Assembly (NCBI GenBank): GCA_964016885.1 | Contig: OZ024754.1 | Coordinates: 23,312,001 to 23,376,000 of the forward strand | Direction of reading: 5' to 3' | Length of the DNA: 64,000 bases | From: Eledone cirrhosa | Lineage: Eukaryota | Shown here: piece after piece, positions 37,401 through 49,289 of the stretch | How the letters are laid out: each line of letters starts with the position of its first letter | Position numbering within the stretch: the stretch's first letter is position 1 | Notes under the pieces: model-generated | Told to the model about the DNA's origin: nothing | The model's database searches: none | The model's input: the letters and a program-made list of their open reading frames with translations, nothing else | Translations under genes and position numbers: made by a program

Positions 37401-39806
37401 TCGTGGAGATGGGGAATGGGATACCTATCCGGGACATAGCATTTAACCTCCTATAATCCCCAATGGGTCTCCAGTCGCCGGAAGTCTTGGGCACCATGTG
37501 TAACGGTGAAGCCCAAAGACTCGCAAATCGGCGAATAATGCCCAGCTGCAGCATATGGTCGAACTCGGACCGTGCTGCCTTTAATTTGTCCGCAGGTAAG
37601 CGACGAGGACGTGAGAACACTGGGGCGCCAGTTGTAGAGTTAAAATGCTCCGTTGTGTGAGTCGGTTCGACAACTCGAAAATTTCCCCGAGTAAGCGGTG
37701 GGAGAGAATTGAACAATGCATGATAGGGATTCCCAGCATTAGCGATGAAAAAGGTCGGGCTAACCGTTGGAAAATTAGCTTTCTGCCCACGAATTGAAAA
37801 ACCGGTGATGTCATCCACCAGGCGTTGGCCACGGACGTCCACAGTCAAAGAGAAGTTGTGGAGGAAGTCCGCTCCTAAGATAGGGTATGGCAAATCGGCA
37901 ACCGTAAAAATCCACTTAAAATCCCTACGAAGATTTAGGAATTTGAGAGGAAGCTAGATTTGCCCATACGTCTTTATAGACGTTTGGCTGAAGATGTGGT
38001 CACCAATGTGGTAGAGAATAGTATATTTAGAGAGTTGTAATGTCGCCACGAGGAACCAGGTTTGGTAGAAAGATATGATAGGAATATCGACAACGACTTT
38101 AGCTTGGTTTTACATTATTTATTAACAGAGGTTGAGCTGGCATGCCAAGAGAAATAAAACAAATCAATTAAGATTACAAGAGAAAATACGGTCGACTGGC
38201 TGAGGCGTTGAGCCAATTCCGTAGTAAAATTGTTGTGTCGTTACATATTGTTTGTGCTGGCGGAGCAAAAGAACAAGTGGTGTTTACCTTAGCACGGTCT
38301 AGCTGAAAGTGATAGCGTCCTCAAATCTTTGCGGGCTATTTATCCCTCAGAACGCGTAGGGATACATCCTCTTCTACTGGCGCTGATTGGCTGAGCTGAG
38401 CCAAATCACGCACAGAGAATGTATGTGAGCCCGCGGAATGTAGGTCACTACAGACGAGTGATTAACTGCCTGCAGAGTAACGGATGATTCTTCGGGGGTA
38501 TCTTTCAGGCAATGGACCGGCCAAATGCTACAGGAGGCTCCTGTATCTACGAGGAAACCTCTTCCCGACATAAGGTCCTTAATGAAGAAATGGCGGTTTG
38601 GTGGCTTTATATTGAGGTCAGCTGCCCCCATGGTACCAGCATAAAGATGAAGCTGGTGATTTGGAACGGCGTCTAAAAGATTGAGATCTCCCGCGGCTGC
38701 GGGGGCGCGAACGGGCACCACGCTAGGCCTTCATCTTCTGGAGCTCCAGACTGGGTTCCTGAATGGCCTTCTGCATCTCTATAACAGCTGAGCTCTCTAT
38801 AGGAGCTGCCGCGCAGATGGCATGGCCAGGTGTGGCCTGAGCTGGTTGGGAAACAGCGGCAAGGGCGTCGCTGCCTCCAGCACCCGCAACTTCGAAAACT
38901 TTGTCCGCAGAGGCGGCAAGCTGATCCACCGTGCAAGTATCCCTAATGGAGGCCGCCAAAACTGCCTGTACGTTGGTCGGTAGGCGCGAGAGGAACAACT
39001 GCTTCAGCATGGGAGTTTCCGCTACCGACCCCTCCGTTAGGTCCTTCATTCGCCTTAGGAGGTTCGATGGGGTGCCATCACCTATATGCTCCAGATGGAC
39101 CAGAGCCCTAAATCTTTTTTCCGCCGACTGTGCAATCCGGCTGAGTATTTCAGCCTTCAGAGTCTTGTACGTCGCGTCGGTGGGTGTCTCTAACACCAGG
39201 TCCTTAATCGCTGGGATAAGTGCTGGCGGAATTGCACTAAGGACCAGAGGACGTTGTTGTGCCTCGCCAATTCTGTTCGCCTCGAAAAATGCTTCGAGTT
39301 GGGCGAACCATAACCTTACATCGCCCGTGTACGTGGGTAGAACAGAATGAGATGCCATTGGTATACCGTAGGTAATTTGCCAAAAAAAAAAATCGTCTCC
39401 GTTTGCAAAAATGTCTCCAACATAACAGAAAAGGAAAACAAAATCGTTTATTTTTCTCTGTCAAACAACTGGACAGGAAAAATAATGCATCCGGGACAAT
39501 ATGCAAAGGAGCCACTAACCGAGCGATGTCATTAATAAGGTATAAGCAGGGAATTTGAGTCATCTCTTGACAAAGTCTCAGGTGTTCTTGTCCCTTCGAC
39601 GTTCAGGAGTAGAGTGTGGCTTATGCTTTGATTGTCCTCGACTATATAGTCCCCAGGAGGACGCAATTCCGTTTAGTACATGAATCTGCCGCTGGGAGTC
39701 GCGCCCGTCGCAAAGGGACGTAACTCCTATACATGCTGCGTTACGACCGTCCTAAAGGGATGCAACTCCTATACGTGCCGAGTCACAGCCGTAAGGGACC
39801 GTTACA
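34441..39806 (-). mobile_element. Ty3/Gypsy LTR retrotransposon (probably CsRn1-like), decayed
   Basis: LTR homology 34575-34822 vs 39557-39806, both starting TG on the minus strand; PPT TCTGGAGGAGAGTAC beside the 3' LTR; gag 38723-39358; CWYH; protease LVDTGAS; RT YIDD + RNase H 36521-37387; integrase IDRFSRW..TTDRG..NGMVER 35300-36004. Confidence 0.92.
37983..38452 (-). mobile_element. Solo LTR of a related Gypsy family nested in the protease region
   Basis: 4-bp TSD GACG (37979-37982 / 38453-38456); starts TGTAG on the minus strand; contains AATAAA; removing it restores the frame NHSSIKTYGQ. Confidence 0.75.
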
Positions 39807-39935
39807 GCTTCTTAACACATTGTTTAGCTCTGGTTTTTAACTATTGAGCACTTTGCCAGTGTCATTTCTGATTTTTGCGTTTCGCTTCGCTTTTCCTGCC
39901 CGTCGAAAATGCGATTATCGCTGAATCTTTATTTG

Positions 39936-39981
<46 letters not shown>

Positions 39982-39989
39982 TATGTATA

Positions 39990-40090
<101 letters not shown>

Positions 40091-41089
40091 CAGACTAACG
40101 TGGCGTACATTGGCCGTAGTAGTGGTAGTGACAGAACGACCCCCTTAGGACAGCCACAGCAATAAAGGGGACTGTGAGATAGGTTGTTATACAGACTTGA
40201 TGACATCTATCATCATGACCACTGCAACAACAATAGTAACGACAACAACTGTAACACCACCCATCAACTACCCCGGTGGTCGTAGTAGTGGTAATATCAC
40301 TGATATTAGTATCTAACCCGAGAGCCAGACAGCGATAACACCAACAACTATAGATTTATAATAGATAAACACTTCCCTAGCACAGCTACCACGCCATTGT
40401 CAACAGGCACACCATTAAATTGTCCTACTCCACTACTAGAAACCTAGCACAAAATACTGAAGTAGATTGAGAAATGTCCACGACTCCGGGGGTCCAGTGA
40501 CCAGGAGGAGACGAAATACCACTTCCTCCGATGGTAACATTATAAACCGTAAACGACCAAGGAATCATGCAGCGCGATCAGGTTACCCCTCTCTATATAG
40601 CTCTCATAACTCTCTCACCCCTCTCTATATAGCTCTCGTAACGCTCTCACCCCTCTCTATATAGCTCCTCTCATCCATTCTATTTCTTCCTTCCTATCAT
40701 TTCTTCTAGTCAACTCACTTCTAGCCAGTGATCTCTGTCGTTCGAGGTAATGTTTTACCCAATGCCGATGGCTGAGGTGCTCAGAGACAGGTGAGCAATG
40801 TGGCATCATGACACTACGTCCGACTCTGGGTCAAAAACATAACACACTTTTTCCTCTCTGTTTTTTCTTTGCTTATTTCCTTAAAGTTTACTATCATGCC
40901 ATTGGTATACATCTATTATGTAATTTACACCTGATGAGGTCACCGGGTTCTTACACAACCTGGCCACTGAAATCTTCAAAAAGTTAAGTAAGTTCAACAT
41001 ATTTGGCCTCTTGTCATTTCACTTTATAATATATATATATATACACAATGATATTAAATAAATGGAAACTATATTTATAAAACCATATT

Positions 41090-41152
41090 TATTTTATTAT
41101 ATATATTTCAAGGGTACCAAAACACTTTGGTACGCTCTCTTCAGATAAAATA
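41090..41152 (-). ncRNA. Minimal type I hammerhead ribozyme in a related PLE pLTR remnant (~41048-41520)
   Basis: Minus strand TATTTTAT-CTGAAGA-GAG-C-GTACCAAA-GTGT-TTTGGTAC-C-CTT-GAAA-TATATA-TA-ATAAAATA; downstream flank homologous to 6767-6830. Confidence 0.8.
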
Positions 41153-42609
41153 CAAAGTTTGTTTTATAAATAGAGACATACCCAGGAAAATTATACCTTA
41201 TCAGTTGAATATTCACTGGATAGTGGAAATGTATAGTGGATTTCTCAAACTTATGGGTGAATATGCAAATGAATATATAAATAATTGAAAAACAACCGTT
41301 AATTTAAACGATTATGGAGAGTTTAGATATATAATATATAATAGTAAGAGAGAGTAGAAAGAAAAAAATAGTAAGAGAGAGAGAAGAGATGAAGGAGAAA
41401 TAGTAAGAAAGAGAGAGAAGAAGGAAAAAATAGTAAGAGAGAGAGAAGAGATGAAGGAAAAATAGTAAGAGAGAGAAGAAGGAAAAAAGCAAAGATAAAT
41501 GAAAAGCTCATATAACGTTAATTTGAGGGAAATATATTCGAACAGTTATCTGTGTAAGTATATTTTAATAGTATGTGTATTTATATATGTAAGTATATAT
41601 TTTAATAGTATGTGTTTTTATATTAAAAGGAAAATTTACAATTATTAGTTGTTTATAATTTGTTTATAATATGAGTTACGAGGGATGTTTTTGTTCTGTT
41701 TTAAGTAGATAAATAAATAAATAAATGGGTATATTATGTAAATAAATATGTATTTAAAATTGAGAATAATTTAAAATTAAAATTGAGAATGATTTAAAAT
41801 TAAATTAACGGAGTTAAGTAATAATATTTATATGATTGAAAAGGAAAGATAAACTCCGATTTTATTTATTCGTTAGTGTGAGACTATTTAGTCAAAATAA
41901 GTATGGATGCTTAAGATACATTTAACCAGAATCAGTTAGTGGTTATTATCTACATTTAAATTATAGCTTTAGAGGGTGTCATTGTACTTAATAAAAGCTT
42001 AAGAATTAAGAAATTAAGAAAATAAAAAAATAAAAATATAAAAAATGATTAAAAAGTTATTATAAAAATTAGAAATTTAAAAATTAGAATTATATACCTA
42101 TATATATTGTGTGGGGGGGAGGGGGGTTGTCAGACTCGTTAGAACGCCAGGTAGAATACTTTAAGGGATTCCTTCCGGTTCTCTGACTTCAAATCCCGCC
42201 GAGGTCAACTTTGCCTTTTCATTATTTCGAGGTTGATAAAAAAAGTACCTAGTCCAATACTGGGTCGATACTTCCTTTATATCTCTTTCTTATTTCCTCT
42301 CTCTCACTTTCTATCTCTCTCTGGAAGAAATCTGCTGTAGCCACCGTATATTTCAATACGGAGCCCCGTCCCCTGTCACAACCATACCTATATATATAAT
42401 GAATTACCTATATTTCTAATTAGTTAGCTATATTTATATCATTTACCTATATTTCTATGCCAGTGTGGATAAATACGTCTTTAAATACATTTTCATTTTT
42501 ATTTACAAATTTGCGAAAATATTTTTATGTGTTTTAAATTTGTAGGACAAGGGAGGTAATCGTGATATACCGTAGGTCTGATTATCTACCCTTGTACATT
42601 GTATTTTTT

Positions 42610-42930
42610 TAAGTACGACAAACGTGCGTCAGACACTGTGTCTGATAGCCACTAGCGAGAAACTTATGGCCTTGTACGCTGCCTTCATTGGCCTGACGAA
42701 GGCATTTGATACAGTTAGTAGGGATGGACTTGGAGGCCCGTTAAAATGCCTGACAACAACTCCACACAGGACAGCAAGGACAGGTAAAGTACAATGATGG
42801 TCTTTGATTAATTCTTCATCAAGAATGACGTGAGACGAGGGTGTGTCCTTGCCCCAAACTTATTTGCAATCTTCTTTAGCATGATGCTCTGTGAATCATA
42901 GAAAGATCTGTGGGAGGGCATTTACATGGT
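42610..42930 (+). mobile_element. Short decayed RTE reverse-transcriptase fragment
   Basis: AFIGLTKAFDTVSRDG and VRRGCVLAPNLFAIFFS remnants. Confidence 0.65.
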
Positions 42931-43649
42931 TCCGTACTTATGCTCTGTTAACCTGGCTTCCACACACTCAAGCATTAACACTGCAGTAACTCACCCACTC
43001 TTACAATACGTGGGTTGCATTTACAAGCAAAAGAAAATAAAACACGAAAAAATTAATTCAAATACAAACAAAAAGAAAGATCTATCGCCTTGCTTCTCCA
43101 CATTTTTATTGGTGAAGATTCTCATCCAACATCTTCTAACAAAATAAGTTAGTTTCAGAAGCCCCAAGTTCGAGCAGTGATTCGGTAATCTTGGTAAAGT
43201 TAAACCTACTTAAGTGGATATAATTCAGACTAAGGATCAGACCTGCTTTTATGAGGAGTAGTAAGAGACAATAAAATATGTAAGGTGGAGTGAGAGAGAT
43301 AGAAAAACAAAATTGTGTTAATTCTCTCTCCCCCTCTCTTCTTTTACTCTATCTACCTCTTATGTCTTCATTTCACTGTTTTATTGTCTTATTTCCTAAT
43401 TCCACTTAATTCCATTAAATATTCAATCTTGGTCGAAATAAATATTTTCATCTGTGACGCTCTGTACAACCAATAATAGTAGGAGTCACGTTACATGATA
43501 TGTCTATATACAGGTTGTCTCTAAAATATGTATACACATTTACATAGTGTATTTGAAGTGTGAATACATTTTTGAGGGGAGACCCTGTATATATTTTATA
43601 TATACATATATATATTAAAAGATGATTGATATATAAATATAAACATATA

Positions 43650-43685
<36 letters not shown>

Positions 43686-43693
<8 letters not shown>

Positions 43694-43960
43694 TAACAGA
43701 TTAAAGTTTAAGCAAAGAATCGCTGCTTTCACCCTTTGACGTATTATATTCGTTTTTTCCCGTTCTTTGCCAGGGAACGTTTCCACGAACTATAGTATCG
43801 TCTTCCTGTCTGCCTCCGGTTGCAACGTTTTTTGAAATATTCACTTCTGCGTTCACAGATTGACTTTGTTAGTTTCAGAAGATCCCGTTAAGGGTGAAAG
43901 CAGCGATTCTTTGCTTAAACTTTAATCTGTTATTTTAATAAATATTTGCTCTACGGTTCT
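43686..43960 (+). mobile_element. Short non-autonomous PLE-type element with inverted end, in (TA)n
   Basis: ~43686-43741 is the reverse complement of ~43886-43941; the 3' end TTATTTTAATAAATAtTTGCtCTACGG is shared with 51555-51582. Confidence 0.65.
43855..43930 (+). ncRNA. Type I hammerhead-like RNA with variant core CAGAAGA
   Basis: Helix I AGTTT/AAACT plus distal ACAGATTGA/TTAATCTGT; helix II CCC/GGG; GAAA; helix III GCAG/TTGC; UU before helix I'. Confidence 0.6.
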
Positions 43961-44044
43961 TATATATTTGATATATATTTATCCTTATCGAACCCTCTTT
44001 GGATTTTAGTCTTCAAATTTATTATTATTACTATATATATATAT

Positions 44045-44159
44045 ATAAGAAAAAGTATGACCCCGACGGCAGAGCTCAAGCCGTTTCGACGGCTATTTCT
44101 GGAATGAAATAGCCGTCGAAACGGCTTGAGCGCTGCTGTCGGGTCATACTTTTTCTTAT
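44045..44159. repeat. Near-perfect ~54-bp-arm hairpin containing the 3' half of a hammerhead
   Basis: Arms around loop TGGAAT; the right arm reads GTC-GAAA-CGGC-ttgagcgct-GCTG-TC-GGGTCATAC. Confidence 0.7.
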
Positions 44160-44549
44160 TTCCCACTCTACTACCCTAAGTATTGAATACTCTGGTGCGT
44201 TATGGTCCATCTTAAAACTTTGTCCGCAGGTGTAGAAATGGTTCTTATCTAAATTTAAGTCTTCCAACGAAATTCTATATAACAACCATATGTTAAGTTA
44301 CTATGTTTCTAATTAACTAACAATTGTGATAAATAGCTCAAAATTATTCATAATTAATTGAAATACAAGGTTCATAATTATAATAAAATCTTCGAATAGG
44401 CTACGAAGCCGGTAAACCTTAAAGGTACGCAACACACACATCGCTATAGCGTTTCACCAGCCAATTCCTTCCTCAATCATTACATAGATGTGGATGTGTG
44501 TATGTAATAATTATTTTGTATTGTGTGTCTATTTATGAATATGTATGAG

Positions 44550-44995
44550 TTGATGTGTGTGTGTATGTAACACAGTAGATGTGTGTGTATGTAACTCAGA
44601 AGATGTGTGTGTATGTAACTCAGTAGATGTGTGTGTATGTAACTCAGTATATGTATGTGTATCTAACACAGTAGATGTGTGTTTATGTAACACAGTAGAT
44701 GTGTGTGTGTGTGTGTAACACAGTATGTGTGTGTAACACAGTAGATGTGAGTATATAACACAATAGATGTGTGTGTATGTAACACAGATGTGTGTGTATG
44801 TAACACAGTAGATGTGTGCATGTAACACAGTAGATATGTGTATGTGTGTAACTCAGTAGATGTGTGTGTATGTAACACAATAGATGTGTGTCTATGTAAC
44901 TCAGTAGATGTGTGTGTGTAACTCAGTAGATGTGTGTGTATGTAACTCAGTAGATGTGTGTGTATGTAACTCAGTAGATGTGTGTGTATGTAACT
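44550..44995. repeat. ~24-bp minisatellite
   Basis: GATGTGTGTGTATGTAAC(A/T)CAGTA units. Confidence 0.9.
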
Positions 44996-45842
44996 AAAGT
45001 GTAACGTACGTTACGAATGGACGACTAAATGACTTTAACTTATTTTTTAACAATTGATGGTGGAAAAGATTTTAAAATGTCTTAACTCAGACCATAAAGG
45101 GCCGCAACACATGGAGTGTGACACTCTTACCGGCTACATAGCCTGGGGTCTATTTTACCGGGACCGGCTACTTAGCTTCTTCCTAAAATCTTCTAACATA
45201 ATTTTATACAAGAACCACATGTTAAGTTACTAATAAAATAATTAATAAACAAAAACTTTAGTAAATCCTTCAAATGGTATCTCAGTAATGAAATAATTAT
45301 TAATTGTTATAAATACCTCAAAATTCCTCATTAATTATACCCAAGACATGTAAAAACTCCAGAGTCTTTCAATCGGACATGAAACATATTAATTTTTAAT
45401 GAAAGAAAAGATTTTAAAGTCAGCCAAGGGAGATCACTCTCAGAACTAACAATTGTGAGAAATAGCTCAAAATTATTCATAATTAATTGAAATACGAGGT
45501 TAATAATTATAATAAAATCTTCGAATAGGCTATGAAGCCGGTATACCTTAGAGGTACGCAACTCAAACATCTCTATAGCGTTTCACCAGCCCTTTCCTTC
45601 ATCAATCATTCCATAGATAATTCCTAATGGAAGAAGAAAAGATTTTAAAGTTAGCCAGCTTCTTACTGTAAATCTAGTTCATGAATTAATCCGGATTGAA
45701 TTATTCTGGTGTATTTTGTGTGGAAGAAACCGGGTTTACGCGATGATAGCGCGTAAGTCAAGAATGTATGGTTCGTGAGTTCGAATCCCAGACCGGGCGG
45801 TCTGGTTTTGTCTCGCTGAATCTCCCTGAGAACTGCGTATAT

Positions 45843-46420
45843 ACTAGTGACTATTATACATAGTGTATCTAGGACTACATTATCTAATGTACAGTATTAG
45901 TGGCTATCAGACATGGTCTATCCAAGTCTACATTATCTAATATACAGTATAGTAGTTAGTATTAGTGACTATCAGACATGTTGTTTCTAAGACTACATTA
46001 TCTAATGTACAGTATAGTAGTTAGTATTAGTGGCTATCAGACATAGTGTATCTAGGACTACATTATCTAATGTACAGTACAGTTGTTATTATTAGTGGCT
46101 CTCAGACATAGTGTATCTGGGACTACATTATCTAATGTACAGTAAAGGTAGTTAGTATTAGTGGGTGTCAGACATAGTGTATCTTGTACTACATTATCTA
46201 ATATACAGCAGTTAGTATTATTGGCTATCACACATAGTGTATGTAGGACAACGTTATCTAATGTACAGTACAGTAGTTAGTATTAGTGGCTATCAGATGT
46301 AGTGTATGTAGGACTACATTATCTAATGTACAGTACACTAGTTAGTATTAGTGGCTATCATACATAGTGTATCAAAGACTACATTATTTAATGTACAGTA
46401 TAGTATTTACTATTAGTGAT
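45843..46420. repeat. ~64-bp minisatellite (~9 units)
   Basis: TATTAGTGGCTATCAGACATAGTGTATCTAGGACTACATTATCTAATGTACAG.. units. Confidence 0.9.
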
Positions 46421-46925
46421 AATGTTGTTATATATATTTTCAATTGTATATAATTATTGTATTGTTCACATAATTATATTATTTACACACATTAATATAG
46501 ACATTAAGTAAAACTTTGTCAACTTACCTCCTTCAGATGTAATCAATGTGTTGTGTTAATTTTTACTAAACAAAAAAAGAAATAATCTCTTGTTTTTGTG
46601 AGCTCACAAATACTAGATGGTGTCGGACTGAACAAAGGCGAGATACTAAATAACAGCCTTGTCACTGAGGAGGTTATATAATGTGTGACAAAAGAACTTT
46701 GACAATAAACAAATAATCTAACCAACTGGATGTTTATAATAAATTGAAGAGTAAACCAACAATTGCATGAGTTTTTATTGGCAGCATAACTCCCCCAAAG
46801 TATAACAATATCTGTTTCAATGCAAGTTTTCAGATAAGAAACCTTGCTTGACAAATACAAAAATGGAGTGGGTGTGTGTGTATGTATATATATATGGACG
46901 TACACTCACACACATATATATATGT

Positions 46926-47032
46926 AAAATGTAAACAGAAATAACAACACAATCGGTGCTATTTCAAGTGTTAACCTAAAATATTATTTCCATATGCTGC
47001 ACCGATTGTGTTGTTATTTCTGTTTACCTTTT
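46926..47032. repeat. ~34-bp inverted repeat with ~39-nt spacer between TA tracts
   Basis: GTAAACAGAAATAACAACACAATCGGTGC ... GCACCGATTGTGTTGTTATTTCTGTTTAC. Confidence 0.75.
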
Positions 47033-49289
47033 ATATATATATATATATCAACTCTTACGTGGACCTCTCAAATTCCTTGGATTTTCACTCTGAAACTGGA
47101 TACCAACCCGGAGTTTACCTGAACTTCCACCAGGAAATATTTCCATATCACTGATATTTTCTTTGCTCCTCGCATTATATAGAGTTACCCCCCTTTATGA
47201 TCTGAATTCAAATTCCGCTGAGCTGAGGTTAACTGTGCCTTTCCTCGTTATGGGGTCGATAAAATAAAGTACCAGTAATGCACTGGTATAATTGCTGGCC
47301 TTGTGCCAAAAGTAGAAACAATTATATATATATATCCAATAGCTGAACTGAGGGTCTGGTGTGGCCAACTGGTCTGTCCCTTTTCATAGTGGTATCACTG
47401 GTCCCCTTGTATGGTGGTGTCATCCAACACCAGACTCCCAAACTGTGGTACCCCATCTATCCCTCCTCATAGTGGTGTCATCCAATACCGGACCCCCAAA
47501 ACTGTGGTAATGTTGTGTGTTGGGTTAGGCCACCCTTCATCACGGTACCATACAGTACCGGGCCCCCAAAACTATGGTAACGTTGTCTTGGGTTTCGTCA
47601 CTAGTCATAACGGTGCCACACCGTACCAGGTCCCCAAAACAGCGGCTACACTGTGAGATAGGTTAGGCTCTGAAAACATGGTTCCGTTGTAAGACAGGTT
47701 CGGCGCGGCCAACTGGTCTGTTGCTCCTCATAACGGTGCCATCCAGTTCCACACTGTAAACGTGGTTTGTGTTAGGAAGGGCATCCAGCTGTAAAATGCC
47801 CTCCAAATGTACAGTCCTCACTGGAGTAAGGTACGACACAAGTCCAACCCTGGCCAGACTTGTACTCTCGGCATGGACGACCCGTCTAACCCATGCAAGT
47901 GTGGAAAAATTGACATTAATGAAAATGATGATATATATATATATATAATACAATTATCAAAGTTGTGTTCAAATCATTTAATAGCTGACAATCGTTTCTT
48001 CCAAACTCTCGTTTGGAGTCATCGGAGCATTATCAATGTTTGCACATATAATTAACCTCCTATTCAACTGAACAATAACATAGATACATATAAATTGATG
48101 TAAGCAACAGTTTCGTATTTACAGGGTGGAATGGATGTTCAAATTAAAATTAAAATTAAAATTAAATTAAAATCAAAAGCACGGAGTGGAATACATGCAA
48201 CAGTTAAAACAAGGGAATAGTCCAATCATTAAAGAGGCATTGAGGAAGTAGTTTTGAGAAAGGAAGAGTGCAATAACAATTCATATGCAGACGTGTGGAT
48301 AGTGTGACTGCGTAAGTCATATACATGAGAAGGAGACAAGCAAAGCTATTATGCATATATAGATGAATAAATACTGCAGTTAAAGCAAATATGTTAATGT
48401 ATCTATGGTGGATGTTGAATGTTGATGGTGTTCGAATTAATTTGTGTTGAGAAACATACAGTTTTTGCAAACTTTTCCATGACATATGTTGAATTAAACT
48501 TTAGTTAATGTTTATATTGAATGTTTTAAGTTAGTTAGAGCAATGGATTGTAAATTAGTCTTAATGCATTCATATTCATAGACTATATTTCATCAACCGT
48601 TAAATTTTCAATCGTTAATATCCGGAAGTGAATAAGGGGAACTAATGCGTAAGGGGAGGTAACTAGCTAATTAAGTTCAATTCAGTTATTAAAATTATTT
48701 GTTCGAATACACAATATAATGCGATACCATTGGATCTGTTACATAACCATGTATATTTATGCCTGATTTTAAATAGTATATTCTACCATCATACATTAAA
48801 GGTTTCTTTAGATTATCTATTCATTACTGGACAAGGTATATGTTATGAAGGATTATACAGCTGTTAATATGTCATAATAGATATGCTATATGTGTAATAA
48901 TATAATCCCTAATATACAATGCTATTACATTTTATATTTAATTATAAGTGTATATATACTTTATTATTATGTTGTGTAATTTAAGCATTTAATTATACAA
49001 TTATAAATGCACATATAGTTTATCATCACACATTACATTAAATGTCTCTACATACCAAGTGCCAAATATTCATTACTGTATATGATATAATTAATCTATT
49101 GTAGTCATATCACAAGGTGGTAACTCTATGTCTAATTCTAACTGTTATTGCAGAGCGTAAGGTTATAGATGAATAGTTGTGTAGTGGAAAGAGTTGGTTG
49201 AGGGCTTTGTGGTTGTGGGTGCTGCTAAGTCCTAGATGTGTATTGTTAATGGTGATGGGGAATTCAAATCTGACATTGTTGTATACTAA

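Noticed and set aside
37998-38006. TTGGTGACC as a primer-binding site of a truncated nested element
   Set aside because: The TSD lies ~15 nt beyond it and the host LTR has the same motif at the same offset, so it is better read as internal LTR sequence.
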